64,000 nt of DNA, taken from the sequence record OQ703618.1. The stretch is one strand, 5' to 3'. Of this stretch, positions 18,460 through 27,636 are shown piece by piece. The stretch comes from Escherichia phage GADS24. Positions within the stretch are counted from its first letter, which is position 1, and the number at the start of each line of letters is the position of its first letter. The position numbers and the translations under genes were made by a program. The notes below the pieces were generated by a model that was given only the letters and a program-made list of their open reading frames with translations, was not told where the DNA came from and did not search any database.

Positions 18460-18927
18460 TCACAACTTATTAATATTTACTTTAATTCGCTTTCTTTTCT
18501 TGGAAGGAATTTGTTCTGGACCTTTATTTACGACTGCACCTGTAGTTGTTCCTGATGCAATAGCTTGAGGACTACCGCCTGAATCACCAGCAACCATATC
18601 CTCAAATAAAGGGAGTTCTTTAAATATTTCTTTCTGTTGTTCTTCCGTAATGTTATAGCGTGAAGCTACAGCACTCCAGGCAGACATCATTGAGGCCATT
18701 CCATTAAGACCTGGAACAGTGCTCATCATTCGCTTCATTGAACGAACTGAAGCATGAAAAGGTGTATACGCCGCTTTCTCTTCGGGAGTAGAAGGACGTT
18801 TAAGAACACTTCCACGTTCATCGATGATTTTGGCTTCGTATGCTTTCCATTCGGTAAAAGGTTTTTGCATTAGTCGAATAAACTTATATGCGTAAACAGA
18901 ATCTATTGCAGTGTTAATAATACCCAT
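18460..18927 (-). CDS. hypothetical protein (61.1 position)
   Basis: Start at MGIINT with SD aggagg. Confidence 0.5.
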   Translation of the reverse strand: MGIINTAIDSVYAYKFIRLMQKPFTEWKAYEAKIIDERGSVLKRPSTPEEKAAYTPFHASVRSMKRMMSTVPGLNGMASMMSAWSAVASRYNITEEQQKEIFKELPLFEDMVAGDSGGSPQAIASGTTTGAVVNKGPEQIPSKKRKRIKVNINKL

Positions 18928-18946
18928 AGGTACCTCCTGAGTATAT

Positions 18947-19144
18947 TTAATCAATTACAAAGATTGCTTTGTCACCATTTATATCTGTGACTTCATATGT
19001 AGTGCCTTCATACTGTGGAATATTCCAAATTACACCATCATTAGCTTTTACGCTAATATGGCATTGGTGTTTTGAAACAACTTCATAATCTTCAAAACTT
19101 GTAAAAACACTAATTTTAGAACCAGTGCAAATTGCAGTAGTCAT
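18947..19144 (-). CDS. hypothetical protein
   Basis: 65-aa ORF. Confidence 0.4.
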   Translation of the reverse strand: MTTAICTGSKISVFTSFEDYEVVSKHQCHISVKANDGVIWNIPQYEGTTYEVTDINGDKAIFVID

Positions 19145-19145
19145 T

Positions 19146-19805
19146 TTAACCTCGATTCATAAATGCATTAAATATTTGGTCATCAACAGAAATTTCTAAT
19201 TCGACTTCAATTGTTTCAGCCTTTTCTTCAGGTGGTAATTCGTATCCACACACTACAATTTTTTCATCGATACCAAAATATACAGAAGCAATACGATTAA
19301 TGTTACTTTCAGTTAAGTCTAAATCAACATCAACATCTTTTTGACATACACTTAAAGGATAACTAATACGGGTTATTTTATTATCTTTAACAAAGAGTCC
19401 GCCAACATACTCTGTACTACGTTTGAAGTTTACACGTTTCCGAATTGAAAGATATGATACATCTTTACCGTGAGCTCGGCTCATAGGACATAATGAATAG
19501 CTAGAATAAGAGATGTCAAATCCTACACCTTCAATATGAGCCAACGCGTCATGATTAAACCAATTATAATCATATGCCAAATCCATTATATTGTAATATG
19601 TGAAAGGCATCGGATTAACATCATACGTTGTACCTTTAAAATCTGCCCAGGCGACGATTTCGTTATCTTTAACAATTACAAAAATTACACCAATATGATA
19701 TCCGTTATTATTTTCGTTAGGCGTTATATTATAACATTGTGCATTAGGAAATTTACCATATTTAAATGGCGCATTTTTGTGCATATAATAAATCATATTA
19801 TTCAC
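19146..19805 (-). CDS. hypothetical protein
   Basis: 219-aa ORF. Confidence 0.5.
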   Translation of the reverse strand: MNNMIYYMHKNAPFKYGKFPNAQCYNITPNENNNGYHIGVIFVIVKDNEIVAWADFKGTTYDVNPMPFTYYNIMDLAYDYNWFNHDALAHIEGVGFDISYSSYSLCPMSRAHGKDVSYLSIRKRVNFKRSTEYVGGLFVKDNKITRISYPLSVCQKDVDVDLDLTESNINRIASVYFGIDEKIVVCGYELPPEEKAETIEVELEISVDDQIFNAFMNRG

Positions 19806-20091
19806 CTGTGATTTCGGTTACGATATCTTTGTTATCGAAATTAGGGTCACAATACAAAACATAATTGTACTGCATGATACCGCCAGACTTAAGTTGTTCA
19901 ACAACTTTATTAACCATATTAGGACGGTCTCTTTTAGTGATGTTCATGATATCAGAGAAGATTTGTTGTTCAACATCTTCTTGATTTGCAGTCATTGACC
20001 ACTCACAGAGGTCTTTATCATAACCTGCCGTAACTGGAGCTGGTGCACATGATACTGCAAGTAAGATTGCTGCCAATGATAACTTTTTCAT
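19798..20091 (-). CDS. secreted protein with signal peptide (Spackle-like position and size)
   Basis: 97 aa; N-terminal signal peptide; SD aaggag; T4 sp synteny only. Confidence 0.45.
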   Translation of the reverse strand: MKKLSLAAILLAVSCAPAPVTAGYDKDLCEWSMTANQEDVEQQIFSDIMNITKRDRPNMVNKVVEQLKSGGIMQYNYVLYCDPNFDNKDIVTEITGE

Positions 20092-20120
20092 TTTAACTCC
20101 TTAGTTGATTTGATAGGACT

Positions 20121-20150
20121 ACTATACTATAGTCCATCTATAATGTAAAC
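20121..20150 (-). promoter_or_regulatory. T4-type early promoter (-35 GTTTAC, -10 TATAGT) with inverted repeat
   Basis: Hexamers ~18 bp apart; stem ggacta/tagtcc. Confidence 0.5.
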
Positions 20151-20154
20151 AAGT

Positions 20155-20403
20155 TTATTCTTTTTCGCGAATAATAATTACTTGTTGAGGCTGCTGAGCA
20201 GATTTCTTTTCGGCAACGATAGACCAAATTAAAGTTCCAATCCAACCAACCATCGTCCAGTTAAAGAGTAAAGATACAAAGAAGATTGCTGTTGTGCTTT
20301 TTGTGCCACGAATAAGTGCGATTACCCAAGGCAACATGTAAATGATGATTGAACCAATACCTGCGATTAAAACCGCTACTGAACTAGCTACGAATAATTC
20401 CAT
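20155..20403 (-). CDS. small integral membrane protein
   Basis: 82 aa, two hydrophobic helices. Confidence 0.45.
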   Translation of the reverse strand: MELFVASSVAVLIAGIGSIIIYMLPWVIALIRGTKSTTAIFFVSLLFNWTMVGWIGTLIWSIVAEKKSAQQPQQVIIIREKE

Positions 20404-20464
20404 GTTAATTTCCTCTTGATTTGTTATGTTTATAATATCTTATTTTAACTTTGGTGTAAACCAA

Positions 20465-20833
20465 TTAGTTAAATTTGTTTAAACGTTCAATACACTGGAC
20501 GTAGTTATTTGCGATTTGTTTCTGGGTAGGCTCTTTACCAGTTGTTTCAACATAGCGAATGAATGCGATTTCAGTAGCCTGTAGACAATGTTCTTTAACG
20601 CGTTGTTCTTTTGACATAGCTACAGTATCAGAATCACGATAACGTTGAGCATGTGCATCAGCTTGAATCATTCGATTACCTACAGTAACCGGGTCTTCCA
20701 CTTCAACTTTAGGTTGGTCATACTGTTTAACATTTGGATTGTAAATCAGTTGGCCAACGTTATTAGGGATAAAGCCATGGGCACCACATCCGGTTAATCC
20801 AAATACCATTGCTAAAGCGATTAATTTTTTCAT
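20465..20833 (-). CDS. putative lipoprotein
   Basis: Signal peptide ending in lipobox LTGC. Confidence 0.5.
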   Translation of the reverse strand: MKKLIALAMVFGLTGCGAHGFIPNNVGQLIYNPNVKQYDQPKVEVEDPVTVGNRMIQADAHAQRYRDSDTVAMSKEQRVKEHCLQATEIAFIRYVETTGKEPTQKQIANNYVQCIERLNKFN

Positions 20834-20861
20834 TTCAATTTCCTCTGTGGTTGATAGAAAG

Positions 20862-20890
20862 ATAGTAACACAGTATGCGATGCTTGTAAA
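20862..20890 (-). promoter_or_regulatory. T4-type early promoter (-35 TTTACA, -10 TACTAT)
   Basis: Hexamers 17 bp apart. Confidence 0.5.
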
Positions 20891-20893
20891 CAG

Positions 20894-21106
20894 CTATTTT
20901 AAACTTTTGCGAAATTTGCGTTTTTCTTGACGAATCTGTCGTTTAGTCGGACGTACAGCAAATTTAACGAAGTCCACTTTGCCATGTGGAAACTTTTCAG
21001 ATGCTTCACAGTCCATCATTAGTTCCCATCCTTCCAGAATAAGAGCTTTCCATTGTGTAGTTGATGCAAATTCGTATGTTGATGGTTTAAACACAGTTGA
21101 ATACAT
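20894..21106 (-). CDS. small protein with basic RPTKRQ C-terminal tail (family member)
   Basis: C-terminal VRPTKRQIRQEKRK shared with 48609..48788 and 49213..49383. Confidence 0.4.
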   Translation of the reverse strand: MYSTVFKPSTYEFASTTQWKALILEGWELMMDCEASEKFPHGKVDFVKFAVRPTKRQIRQEKRKFRKSLK

Positions 21107-21107
21107 A

Positions 21108-21299
21108 TTATCCTCTGAAATCAGCTTCAAAAACTTTCTCGTCATTAACAAATGCTTTAACTAATGCTTTGTTCACTTCAGCAAGTTGTACCGTAACCCA
21201 CTCGATTTCTTCGCGATCACCTGATAACATGATATCTTTAGTGAACATCTCACCACTTTTAAACCAACCAATAAAAGTAACTTTAGTTAATTTGCTCAT
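21108..21299 (-). CDS. dmd: Dmd antitoxin (discriminator of mRNA degradation)
   Basis: ~63 aa; GWFK...MFTK...AEVNKALVKAF recognised from T4 Dmd. Confidence 0.65.
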   Translation of the reverse strand: MSKLTKVTFIGWFKSGEMFTKDIMLSGDREEIEWVTVQLAEVNKALVKAFVNDEKVFEADFRG

Positions 21300-21613
21300 A
21301 TTTCCTCGCAAAATGCCCATTCAGCGTGATAAACTGTAGCACCTTTAGTATTATTCATTTGAACTACGTCTACCGGAGAAATTACTCGATAGAGACGTGG
21401 TTCACCTCCATAAGAGCGTGCTGCTCGTCCTGCATAAATCTTTGCTAAACCAATATCTTCAGTAAAGAATACACGATCCAGGTTTTTCTTACGTCCAGTT
21501 TCAGACAGAACTCCTGTTTCCTCAGGAGGACAAAGCATGTTTTCGATGTTAGCTGAACTACTTGAACCGTGATAAAAAATCTTAAATTCTGCTTTACAAT
21601 CGATGGTTTTCAT
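21296..21613 (-). CDS. hypothetical protein
   Basis: 105-aa ORF, own early promoter. Confidence 0.45.
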   Translation of the reverse strand: MKTIDCKAEFKIFYHGSSSSANIENMLCPPEETGVLSETGRKKNLDRVFFTEDIGLAKIYAGRAARSYGGEPRLYRVISPVDVVQMNNTKGATVYHAEWAFCEEI

Positions 21614-21639
21614 TTTGTTCTCCAGTAGTTGATAAGTCT

Positions 21640-21668
21640 ATAATAACACAACTACTGGAGAAGTAAAC
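21640..21668 (-). promoter_or_regulatory. T4-type early promoter (-35 GTTTAC, -10 TATTAT) flanked by 10-bp inverted repeat ccagtagttg/caactactgg
   Basis: Hexamers 17 bp apart; arm pairs with SD region. Confidence 0.55.
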
Positions 21669-22043
21669 TTAAAAACGTAATTTAGATACATCTACGTTGA
21701 TTTCGCTTTGGTTTGCGTCGTATGCAATTAAACGAACCGCTTTAGATGGGTCATTCAATGCATAGAAATGATGGAACATTGCTCGAACGATATCACCATT
21801 TACGAGTTCTACCTGGATAGGAGAACCTTTTTCGAGTTGGAAATGTTCATAAGCTTTGATGGTTCGCAGATAATCAAGTTTTTGATTTCCGGCTCCAACA
21901 ATTTGTACGATACGTTTGCCCATGTTTTCCATACGAGATACAATAGTTTTAGGAGCAAGAATAACGTAGGTTGCCAGTGGAGAAACTACTTCAACAGTTG
22001 TGTTTTCGGTGATTGCAGTAAAAATTGCTTGAGACATATTCAT
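21669..22043 (-). CDS. hypothetical protein
   Basis: 124-aa ORF. Confidence 0.45.
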   Translation of the reverse strand: MNMSQAIFTAITENTTVEVVSPLATYVILAPKTIVSRMENMGKRIVQIVGAGNQKLDYLRTIKAYEHFQLEKGSPIQVELVNGDIVRAMFHHFYALNDPSKAVRLIAYDANQSEINVDVSKLRF

Positions 22044-22072
22044 AATGTTTTCCTCTTGGTTGGTGTAAGTAC

Positions 22073-22102
22073 ATCATATCATGCCTAGAGGAAGATGTAA
22101 AC
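22073..22102 (-). promoter_or_regulatory. T4-type early promoter (-35 GTTTAC, -10 TATGAT)
   Basis: Hexamers 18 bp apart. Confidence 0.5.
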
Positions 22103-22109
22103 CCCGAAA

Positions 22110-22130
22110 GGAGACCGAAGTCTCCTTTTT
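22110..22130. terminator. GC hairpin (ggagac/gtctcc, cgaa loop) with T-run on plus strand
   Basis: Directly after gp41 stop; T-run lies on plus side, so may terminate antisense or act bidirectionally. Confidence 0.4.
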
Positions 22131-22131
22131 A

Positions 22132-23574
22132 TTAAAATTTTAACTCATTGGCTAAGCTATCTAGGTCAGCACGTGTTGTTTTGGCTTTACCTACGCGTTC
22201 CGTACGATTCACCTCTGCCTGACGCATCTGAGCACCTGCGTTTTCATTTACTGTGTTAGGTGTGTTCATGCCTTCTTGCTCAATCTCAATCCATTTCTGG
22301 TTGCCTTTACGTACACCCATCAGGAATTTATTCCACTTATTCTTATCACCGTATCGTGATTTGATTTGTTTGATAAGTTGTTGTTCAGCTTGTGCAAGTT
22401 CTTCTGTTTCAATTACGGCCAACATGAAATCTGCCGTTGCTGGTAAACCTGCTGATTCTGCAATATCACTCATGTTCATATCCGAAGCATCCCATGCTGC
22501 ACGTCCTACTTGAGCTGCAGTCCATAGAACTGTTTCAGATTCTACTGCTAATGCACGAAGTTCTTCTGCGATAGCTTTAACTAATGTGTAGCTATTTTCA
22601 GTGTAAACTCTGATACGACAAGACCCACAAATACCTAAGTAATCAACCATGATTACAGATGGCACAAAGTTCTTCTTGAGTTTCAATTCATTAAGCAATG
22701 CACGGAATGTATTAGCATTAGCTCCACCAGTAGGATACTGTTTAACTACTAAACGTCCTAATGTTGTTTTTGAACGCCATTTTTCCATCTTAGCTTTATA
22801 TTCAGCATAAGATACGTTACCATCATCGATATCATCGAGTGATACGTCAAGCATGTTTGCATCTATACGCTTAGCGCAAACTTCTTCGGCCATTTCCATG
22901 GAAATATAAAGAACATTATGACCTGTTTGAAGATAATCTGCAGCAAGTGAACAAAGGCCTAAAGATTTACCGACGTTAACACCAGCCATTAAAACGTTTA
23001 GTGTACCTGTTTCTGCACCGCCTTTGGTGATTTTATTCAAAATGTTTAATTTGAACGGGACCTTACGTGCTTTATTTAGATAAGAAAGCCAGCGTGCTTC
23101 GTAGTCTTCCATCCAATCATGTCCAACATAACTATCGAACGAAATTGAAAGTGCTTGACGCATAATATCAGGAATAGCTCCTACGTCAGGCATTTTCTTG
23201 TTACGTTGTTCTGGAGGTAGTTCAGCATTAGACTGAATCTCAATGATTTTGGACGTAGCATTATACATCGCTTTTTGCTGGACGTATTTCTCAGTTTCTT
23301 TAACCAGCCATTCGTGGTCTTCAGGAGTATCAGCCAATTTTTCAATTAGGTCTGAAGTTCCTTTATATTCTGCTTCAGTTAAAGAACTGTTATCTAAAGC
23401 CACCTTTAACGCATTGATAGATGGCATTGCATTATATTCGTTAACGTGGCTCTTTATAATTTTAAAGACGTTTTTTGCCGGTCCACGCTCAAAGTAATCA
23501 GAATCCATATAAGGCCAGACCTTAGAAAAATAAGCCTGGTCATATACTAGATGAGACAAAATAATTTCTACCAC
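22132..23574 (-). CDS. 41: replicative DNA helicase gp41 (DnaB-like)
   Basis: 480 aa; Walker A GVNVGKS; T4 gp41-like. Confidence 0.9.
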   Translation of the reverse strand: MVEIILSHLVYDQAYFSKVWPYMDSDYFERGPAKNVFKIIKSHVNEYNAMPSINALKVALDNSSLTEAEYKGTSDLIEKLADTPEDHEWLVKETEKYVQQKAMYNATSKIIEIQSNAELPPEQRNKKMPDVGAIPDIMRQALSISFDSYVGHDWMEDYEARWLSYLNKARKVPFKLNILNKITKGGAETGTLNVLMAGVNVGKSLGLCSLAADYLQTGHNVLYISMEMAEEVCAKRIDANMLDVSLDDIDDGNVSYAEYKAKMEKWRSKTTLGRLVVKQYPTGGANANTFRALLNELKLKKNFVPSVIMVDYLGICGSCRIRVYTENSYTLVKAIAEELRALAVESETVLWTAAQVGRAAWDASDMNMSDIAESAGLPATADFMLAVIETEELAQAEQQLIKQIKSRYGDKNKWNKFLMGVRKGNQKWIEIEQEGMNTPNTVNENAGAQMRQAEVNRTERVGKAKTTRADLDSLANELKF

Positions 23575-23583
23575 GATAACTCC

Positions 23584-23925
23584 TTAAAAGAATTTAAATT
23601 TTTTCTTGGTCCGTTCATTAAAAGCTTGTTGTACTTGCATTGTAACACATTTTTCAACATGTGGTGCAAGTTCTGCTTTTCTGTCCTGGTCAAGAACTGC
23701 AAAGTCCATTACGATTTTACCATCAACCCAGTCTAGTTTTGTAATATAGACTATATGATGAGAACCATCTTCAAGCGTAATCAGAATCTCTTGAATGACA
23801 TTTTCCATTGCTGAACGGACGATTTTAAGAGATTCATTAAACACTCGTTCTTTGCGAATGTCTTCCCCTTCCGAAGAAGGGGATTCATCAACGATTTCTA
23901 GATTTAAATCATCGAGATTATTCAT
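23584..23925 (-). CDS. hypothetical protein at gp40 position
   Basis: Between gp41 and uvsX; synteny only. Confidence 0.45.
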   Translation of the reverse strand: MNNLDDLNLEIVDESPSSEGEDIRKERVFNESLKIVRSAMENVIQEILITLEDGSHHIVYITKLDWVDGKIVMDFAVLDQDRKAELAPHVEKCVTMQVQQAFNERTKKKFKFF

Positions 23926-25090
23926 CGAAATCTTCCATTTCGTCAAGGTCGTTTTCTATATCTGCTGCAGAAGGAGCATCAGAAGTTTTAACCGGAACTT
24001 TAGTTGTTGCTTTGCAATTAATAAGGTCATTAACAGCGTCATCAACTTCTTTAATAGAAGAGATAGCACCTAGTTTATATTTAGTTTCAATTGCATCTCG
24101 GAAAGGTTTGTGTTTAAACAATGGTCCCCAGAATTCTACACAATCAGTAGCTTTAGCACGCCATGATTTTTCTTCACGAATCATTTCACCTGTTTCTTCG
24201 TCAAGGAATTCACGAGCATACCAACCAGCTTTAGGCTTAACCACAAAACCGATTTCAGTTGCCATTTCTAACAAGCCGCTGAATGGGTCAATACCGCCAT
24301 CAAAATTAACCGTGATTGGGAAAGTAGATTTCTCTTTAACTGTACGAGATTTTTCTGCTTTCAACGTGAAGTCATAACCGGTCAATTCTGTACCTTCTTT
24401 AACCTGACGTTTAGAGATAAAGAATACAGTGTTAGCAGAGTAAAGAATACCTGTACCACCACCCATAATCTCTTTAGGATATAGACCGCCGATTTCCATT
24501 GCTGTATGGTTGATTGCAACACACGGAATATCTTTAATAGTCAGATAAGGAGTCACAATGCGGAACAGAGATTTAAGTGCCTTAGCACGAGACATATCAC
24601 CTACAACTTTCTCGTTCAACGCATCTTCGGTTTCTTTCTTAGATGCAGTATTACCGATTGAATCGATAAAGATAATAACTTTATCGCCGCGTTCAATCGC
24701 GTCAAGCTGATTAGTCATATCAACTTTAAGTTGTTCTACAGATTGAATCGGAGTATGAACTACACGGTCCAAATCAACACCCATTGAACGGAAGTAAGAT
24801 TCTGAAGCACCGAATTCTGAGTCATAAAACAAACAGATTGCATCTTTATATTTCTTCATATATGCTGCAACCATGGTCAGTCCAAACAACGTTTTAAAGT
24901 GTTTAGAAGGAGCAGCAAAAATAGTTAAGCCTGATTGCAACCCAGCATTCAGTGCACCACCTAATGCAATATTCAACATCGGAATACGAGTAGGGACTTC
25001 ATCACGATTATTAAACAGCTTAGACTTAGTCAAGTCTGCAGTCATTTTAGAAGTAGAAGCTTTAATCAGACGAGATTTTAAATCAGACAT
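23918..25090 (-). CDS. uvsX: UvsX recombinase (RecA-like)
   Basis: 390 aa; RecA-fold P-loop; T4 UvsX-like. Confidence 0.9.
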   Translation of the reverse strand: MSDLKSRLIKASTSKMTADLTKSKLFNNRDEVPTRIPMLNIALGGALNAGLQSGLTIFAAPSKHFKTLFGLTMVAAYMKKYKDAICLFYDSEFGASESYFRSMGVDLDRVVHTPIQSVEQLKVDMTNQLDAIERGDKVIIFIDSIGNTASKKETEDALNEKVVGDMSRAKALKSLFRIVTPYLTIKDIPCVAINHTAMEIGGLYPKEIMGGGTGILYSANTVFFISKRQVKEGTELTGYDFTLKAEKSRTVKEKSTFPITVNFDGGIDPFSGLLEMATEIGFVVKPKAGWYAREFLDEETGEMIREEKSWRAKATDCVEFWGPLFKHKPFRDAIETKYKLGAISSIKEVDDAVNDLINCKATTKVPVKTSDAPSAADIENDLDEMEDFDE

Positions 25091-25182
25091 TGTATTTTTC
25101 CATAGGCATCATTATATTTTACTCATGTTTAAAAGATAAGACGATTATATACTAAGGGTTATACAGCGTTTAAAACTTTAAA

Positions 25183-25200
25183 CAGGCTCTTAACGAGCCC
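25183..25200 (-). terminator. weak hairpin terminator after kinase gene
   Basis: Stem ggctc/gagcc followed by T-rich tract on minus. Confidence 0.3.
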
Positions 25201-25738
25201 ATTTGATAATTTCTGTAATCAAATTATTACGTTCGCTTGCATTAAATCCTATAACTTTGTTAGCACCATCATGATTAAGTAATTGATATGTTTGGATTTT
25301 GTTATGAATTGCAAACTCTTCAAAATGTGAAATGACTGTATTAAAACCGAATGAAGACAAAGTAATAAGGTCGTCTTCAAAACTTTCAGTCATTTCGTTA
25401 CGTGTTAAAATAATTGTGAACACATCATGGTTTTGGCAAAGACGAACATAATCCTGTTCATAAACATCAAGAACCGAGTCCGCATCTTGTCGAATACGTC
25501 CATAAACCCAGTTACTAATATATCCACGGTCTAACAGATAAATCTTAGTAGGGTCTAAATAATTCAACATCGTTTCGAAACAGCCAACTTCATTTCGAGA
25601 CTTAACATCAAAACGTCCATCAACTGTTCGTTTAGGGAAATCAATTTTTACATATCTTTCACTAATTTCCATTATGTCATTAATGAAAGTTGTTTTACCA
25701 GCATTATCCGGGCCATCTACTAAAATAATTTTAGCCAT
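25190..25738 (-). CDS. P-loop nucleoside/nucleotide kinase-like protein
   Basis: 182 aa; Walker A GPDNAGKTT; LLDRGY lid-like motif. Confidence 0.55.
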   Translation of the reverse strand: MAKIILVDGPDNAGKTTFINDIMEISERYVKIDFPKRTVDGRFDVKSRNEVGCFETMLNYLDPTKIYLLDRGYISNWVYGRIRQDADSVLDVYEQDYVRLCQNHDVFTIILTRNEMTESFEDDLITLSSFGFNTVISHFEEFAIHNKIQTYQLLNHDGANKVIGFNASERNNLITEIIKWAR

Positions 25739-25739
25739 T

Positions 25740-26639
25740 TTATTCCTCGATTACGACATCTTCGTATTTAGGTATATTATACGGTGAAGAAATTAAAGCA
25801 TTAAAGTAGATGAACTCGCCAAGACCTGGATGGAATACTTCTTCAGGATTTTCGAAATATTGAATCTTCGGCCGTCCTTTAAGAATTTGATAGTACTCAG
25901 TTTTAGTTGGTTTAAAAATTCGAATCAGCGCTTCTTCAGGATACTTATTTCTATCGAAGCTATTATTTGGATCGGTTACATAAAGCGGTTGACCTAATTG
26001 AATTGCACATTCAACCACTTGTTCAAAACGATAGCACGGGTCACTAATTCGAAATGGATGAAAAATACCATCTAGATGAATAGGAGCCAAATCACCTACA
26101 AAACGCTGCATGATGGAAGGACGTATAACTTTCTGGGTTACGATAATCTTATTACCATCTGCACCAGCGTTAACCAGCACTTCCTTTTGACGTTCATTCA
26201 ACACAGTAGTTTGAAGTGAACGATTAACCGACAACATGTCGGTTTTTAAGAATTCGTCAATATAAAAACGTGGTTTATTAGGGTCTGCAGTGATATTGAA
26301 ATTGAATTCTACATCAAAAGCTCCGTCATATCCAGTGATATCTGTTATTAGAAAATCACAATCATAATAAGCAATTAATGAATCAACCACAAATTCATTT
26401 TCAGACCAGAAATATTTACGAGTGTTATACGCGTTATCTTTATACCATAACGGAACAAACTTAAATTCTGGGAAAAGACGTTCACATTCTTTAATATCAG
26501 ATGCATTACGTGGATATGTAATAACATCACCCGGATTAGCACGGTGCAAATGAAGTTGGAAGTTGCCATCCTTAAGGATAGCATACTCTCCAGTTTCATA
26601 AGACCGCATACTCAAGATAGGTACGCGGAAAATAGCCAT
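25740..26639 (-). CDS. putative glycosyltransferase (GT-B-like) at the T4 beta-gt locus
   Basis: 299 aa; C-terminal FEQVVECAIQLGQPLYVTD resembles GT-B donor-binding motif; position uvsX-42. Confidence 0.45.
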   Translation of the reverse strand: MAIFRVPILSMRSYETGEYAILKDGNFQLHLHRANPGDVITYPRNASDIKECERLFPEFKFVPLWYKDNAYNTRKYFWSENEFVVDSLIAYYDCDFLITDITGYDGAFDVEFNFNITADPNKPRFYIDEFLKTDMLSVNRSLQTTVLNERQKEVLVNAGADGNKIIVTQKVIRPSIMQRFVGDLAPIHLDGIFHPFRISDPCYRFEQVVECAIQLGQPLYVTDPNNSFDRNKYPEEALIRIFKPTKTEYYQILKGRPKIQYFENPEEVFHPGLGEFIYFNALISSPYNIPKYEDVVIEE

Positions 26640-27355
26640 TAGTCAAGGAATCCTTTAACATAATCAAAATCACGTTCAAACACATGGGCACTTACCATGG
26701 TATGAGTATAATCACCAACTTCTACACCACATTCGTTAGCGATATAATGAAGTAATTTTCCTTGGAGATAAAAATCCAACTGCATAACAACAGCACAGTT
26801 CTGAGAACGCATATGGCAGTGGGTATAAAGCTTACCATCACGAATATAATAAGTCACTGAGTCAGTACATGGATATTCAAGCGTTTCGTCCGAATCAAGC
26901 AAAGCCTGATCAGAACTTTCTAGAATTTGGAACACAACTCTTCGAGAGTTAGGTTTCTCTTTAAGTTCTTTGAGAAGAGCTGGTAACTGGGCCGCAATTC
27001 GTGGACCATAGAAAGTGTTGAAGTTTGCAGGCAAAGCATCTGATTTCGGTTTAGAAATAAATTTAGCAACGTTAGGATATGCCTTAAATGCTTCTTCTGC
27101 ATCAGTTCCGCCAGAAATCATAAATTTCCAGAAATCTTCGGCATATTCATAAGAGATGCGGTTAATACGTGGGTCGGTCATTTTGAATGATGATGGAGTG
27201 TCAACAACTACTGTCATAGACCCAATTTCATTACAACGTCCAATACGAGAATCAGTTACGAATTCCGGGTTTTCTAAAATCTCACGATTGACTGCTTTAA
27301 ATGCGGATTGAAAATCTGCGGCTTTAATATATTTCATTGTGTTATGTTTTCCCAT
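26639..27355 (-). CDS. 42: dCMP hydroxymethylase gp42 (thymidylate synthase fold)
   Basis: 238 aa; NSRR...YPCTDSV...HMRSQN motifs parallel T4 gp42. Confidence 0.8.
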   Translation of the reverse strand: MGKHNTMKYIKAADFQSAFKAVNREILENPEFVTDSRIGRCNEIGSMTVVVDTPSSFKMTDPRINRISYEYAEDFWKFMISGGTDAEEAFKAYPNVAKFISKPKSDALPANFNTFYGPRIAAQLPALLKELKEKPNSRRVVFQILESSDQALLDSDETLEYPCTDSVTYYIRDGKLYTHCHMRSQNCAVVMQLDFYLQGKLLHYIANECGVEVGDYTHTMVSAHVFERDFDYVKGFLD

Positions 27356-27396
27356 GTTTACCTCAATACAGTTATTATATACTCAATTCATAAAGC

Positions 27397-27636
27397 TTAT
27401 TTGAATTTCTTAGCGATGTTGATATAACGTAGAGCTTCGGCATCGATACTTCTAAGGACACTATGAAGGAATGCGTCGGCATAGTATTCTAGTTGAACAG
27501 GTTCTTTAATCGCTTTAGCCGCTTTAGTTTCAAACAGGCCCATAAGGGCCTTTTTAAGAATTTGTTCGTTGCTGGTAATTTTAATAGTCAAAATCTCTTC
27601 ATTAAGTTGGTGGTTAAAAGTTTTTCTAGAAATCAT
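27397..27636 (-). CDS. hypothetical protein
   Basis: 79-aa ORF. Confidence 0.4.
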   Translation of the reverse strand: MISRKTFNHQLNEEILTIKITSNEQILKKALMGLFETKAAKAIKEPVQLEYYADAFLHSVLRSIDAEALRYINIAKKFK

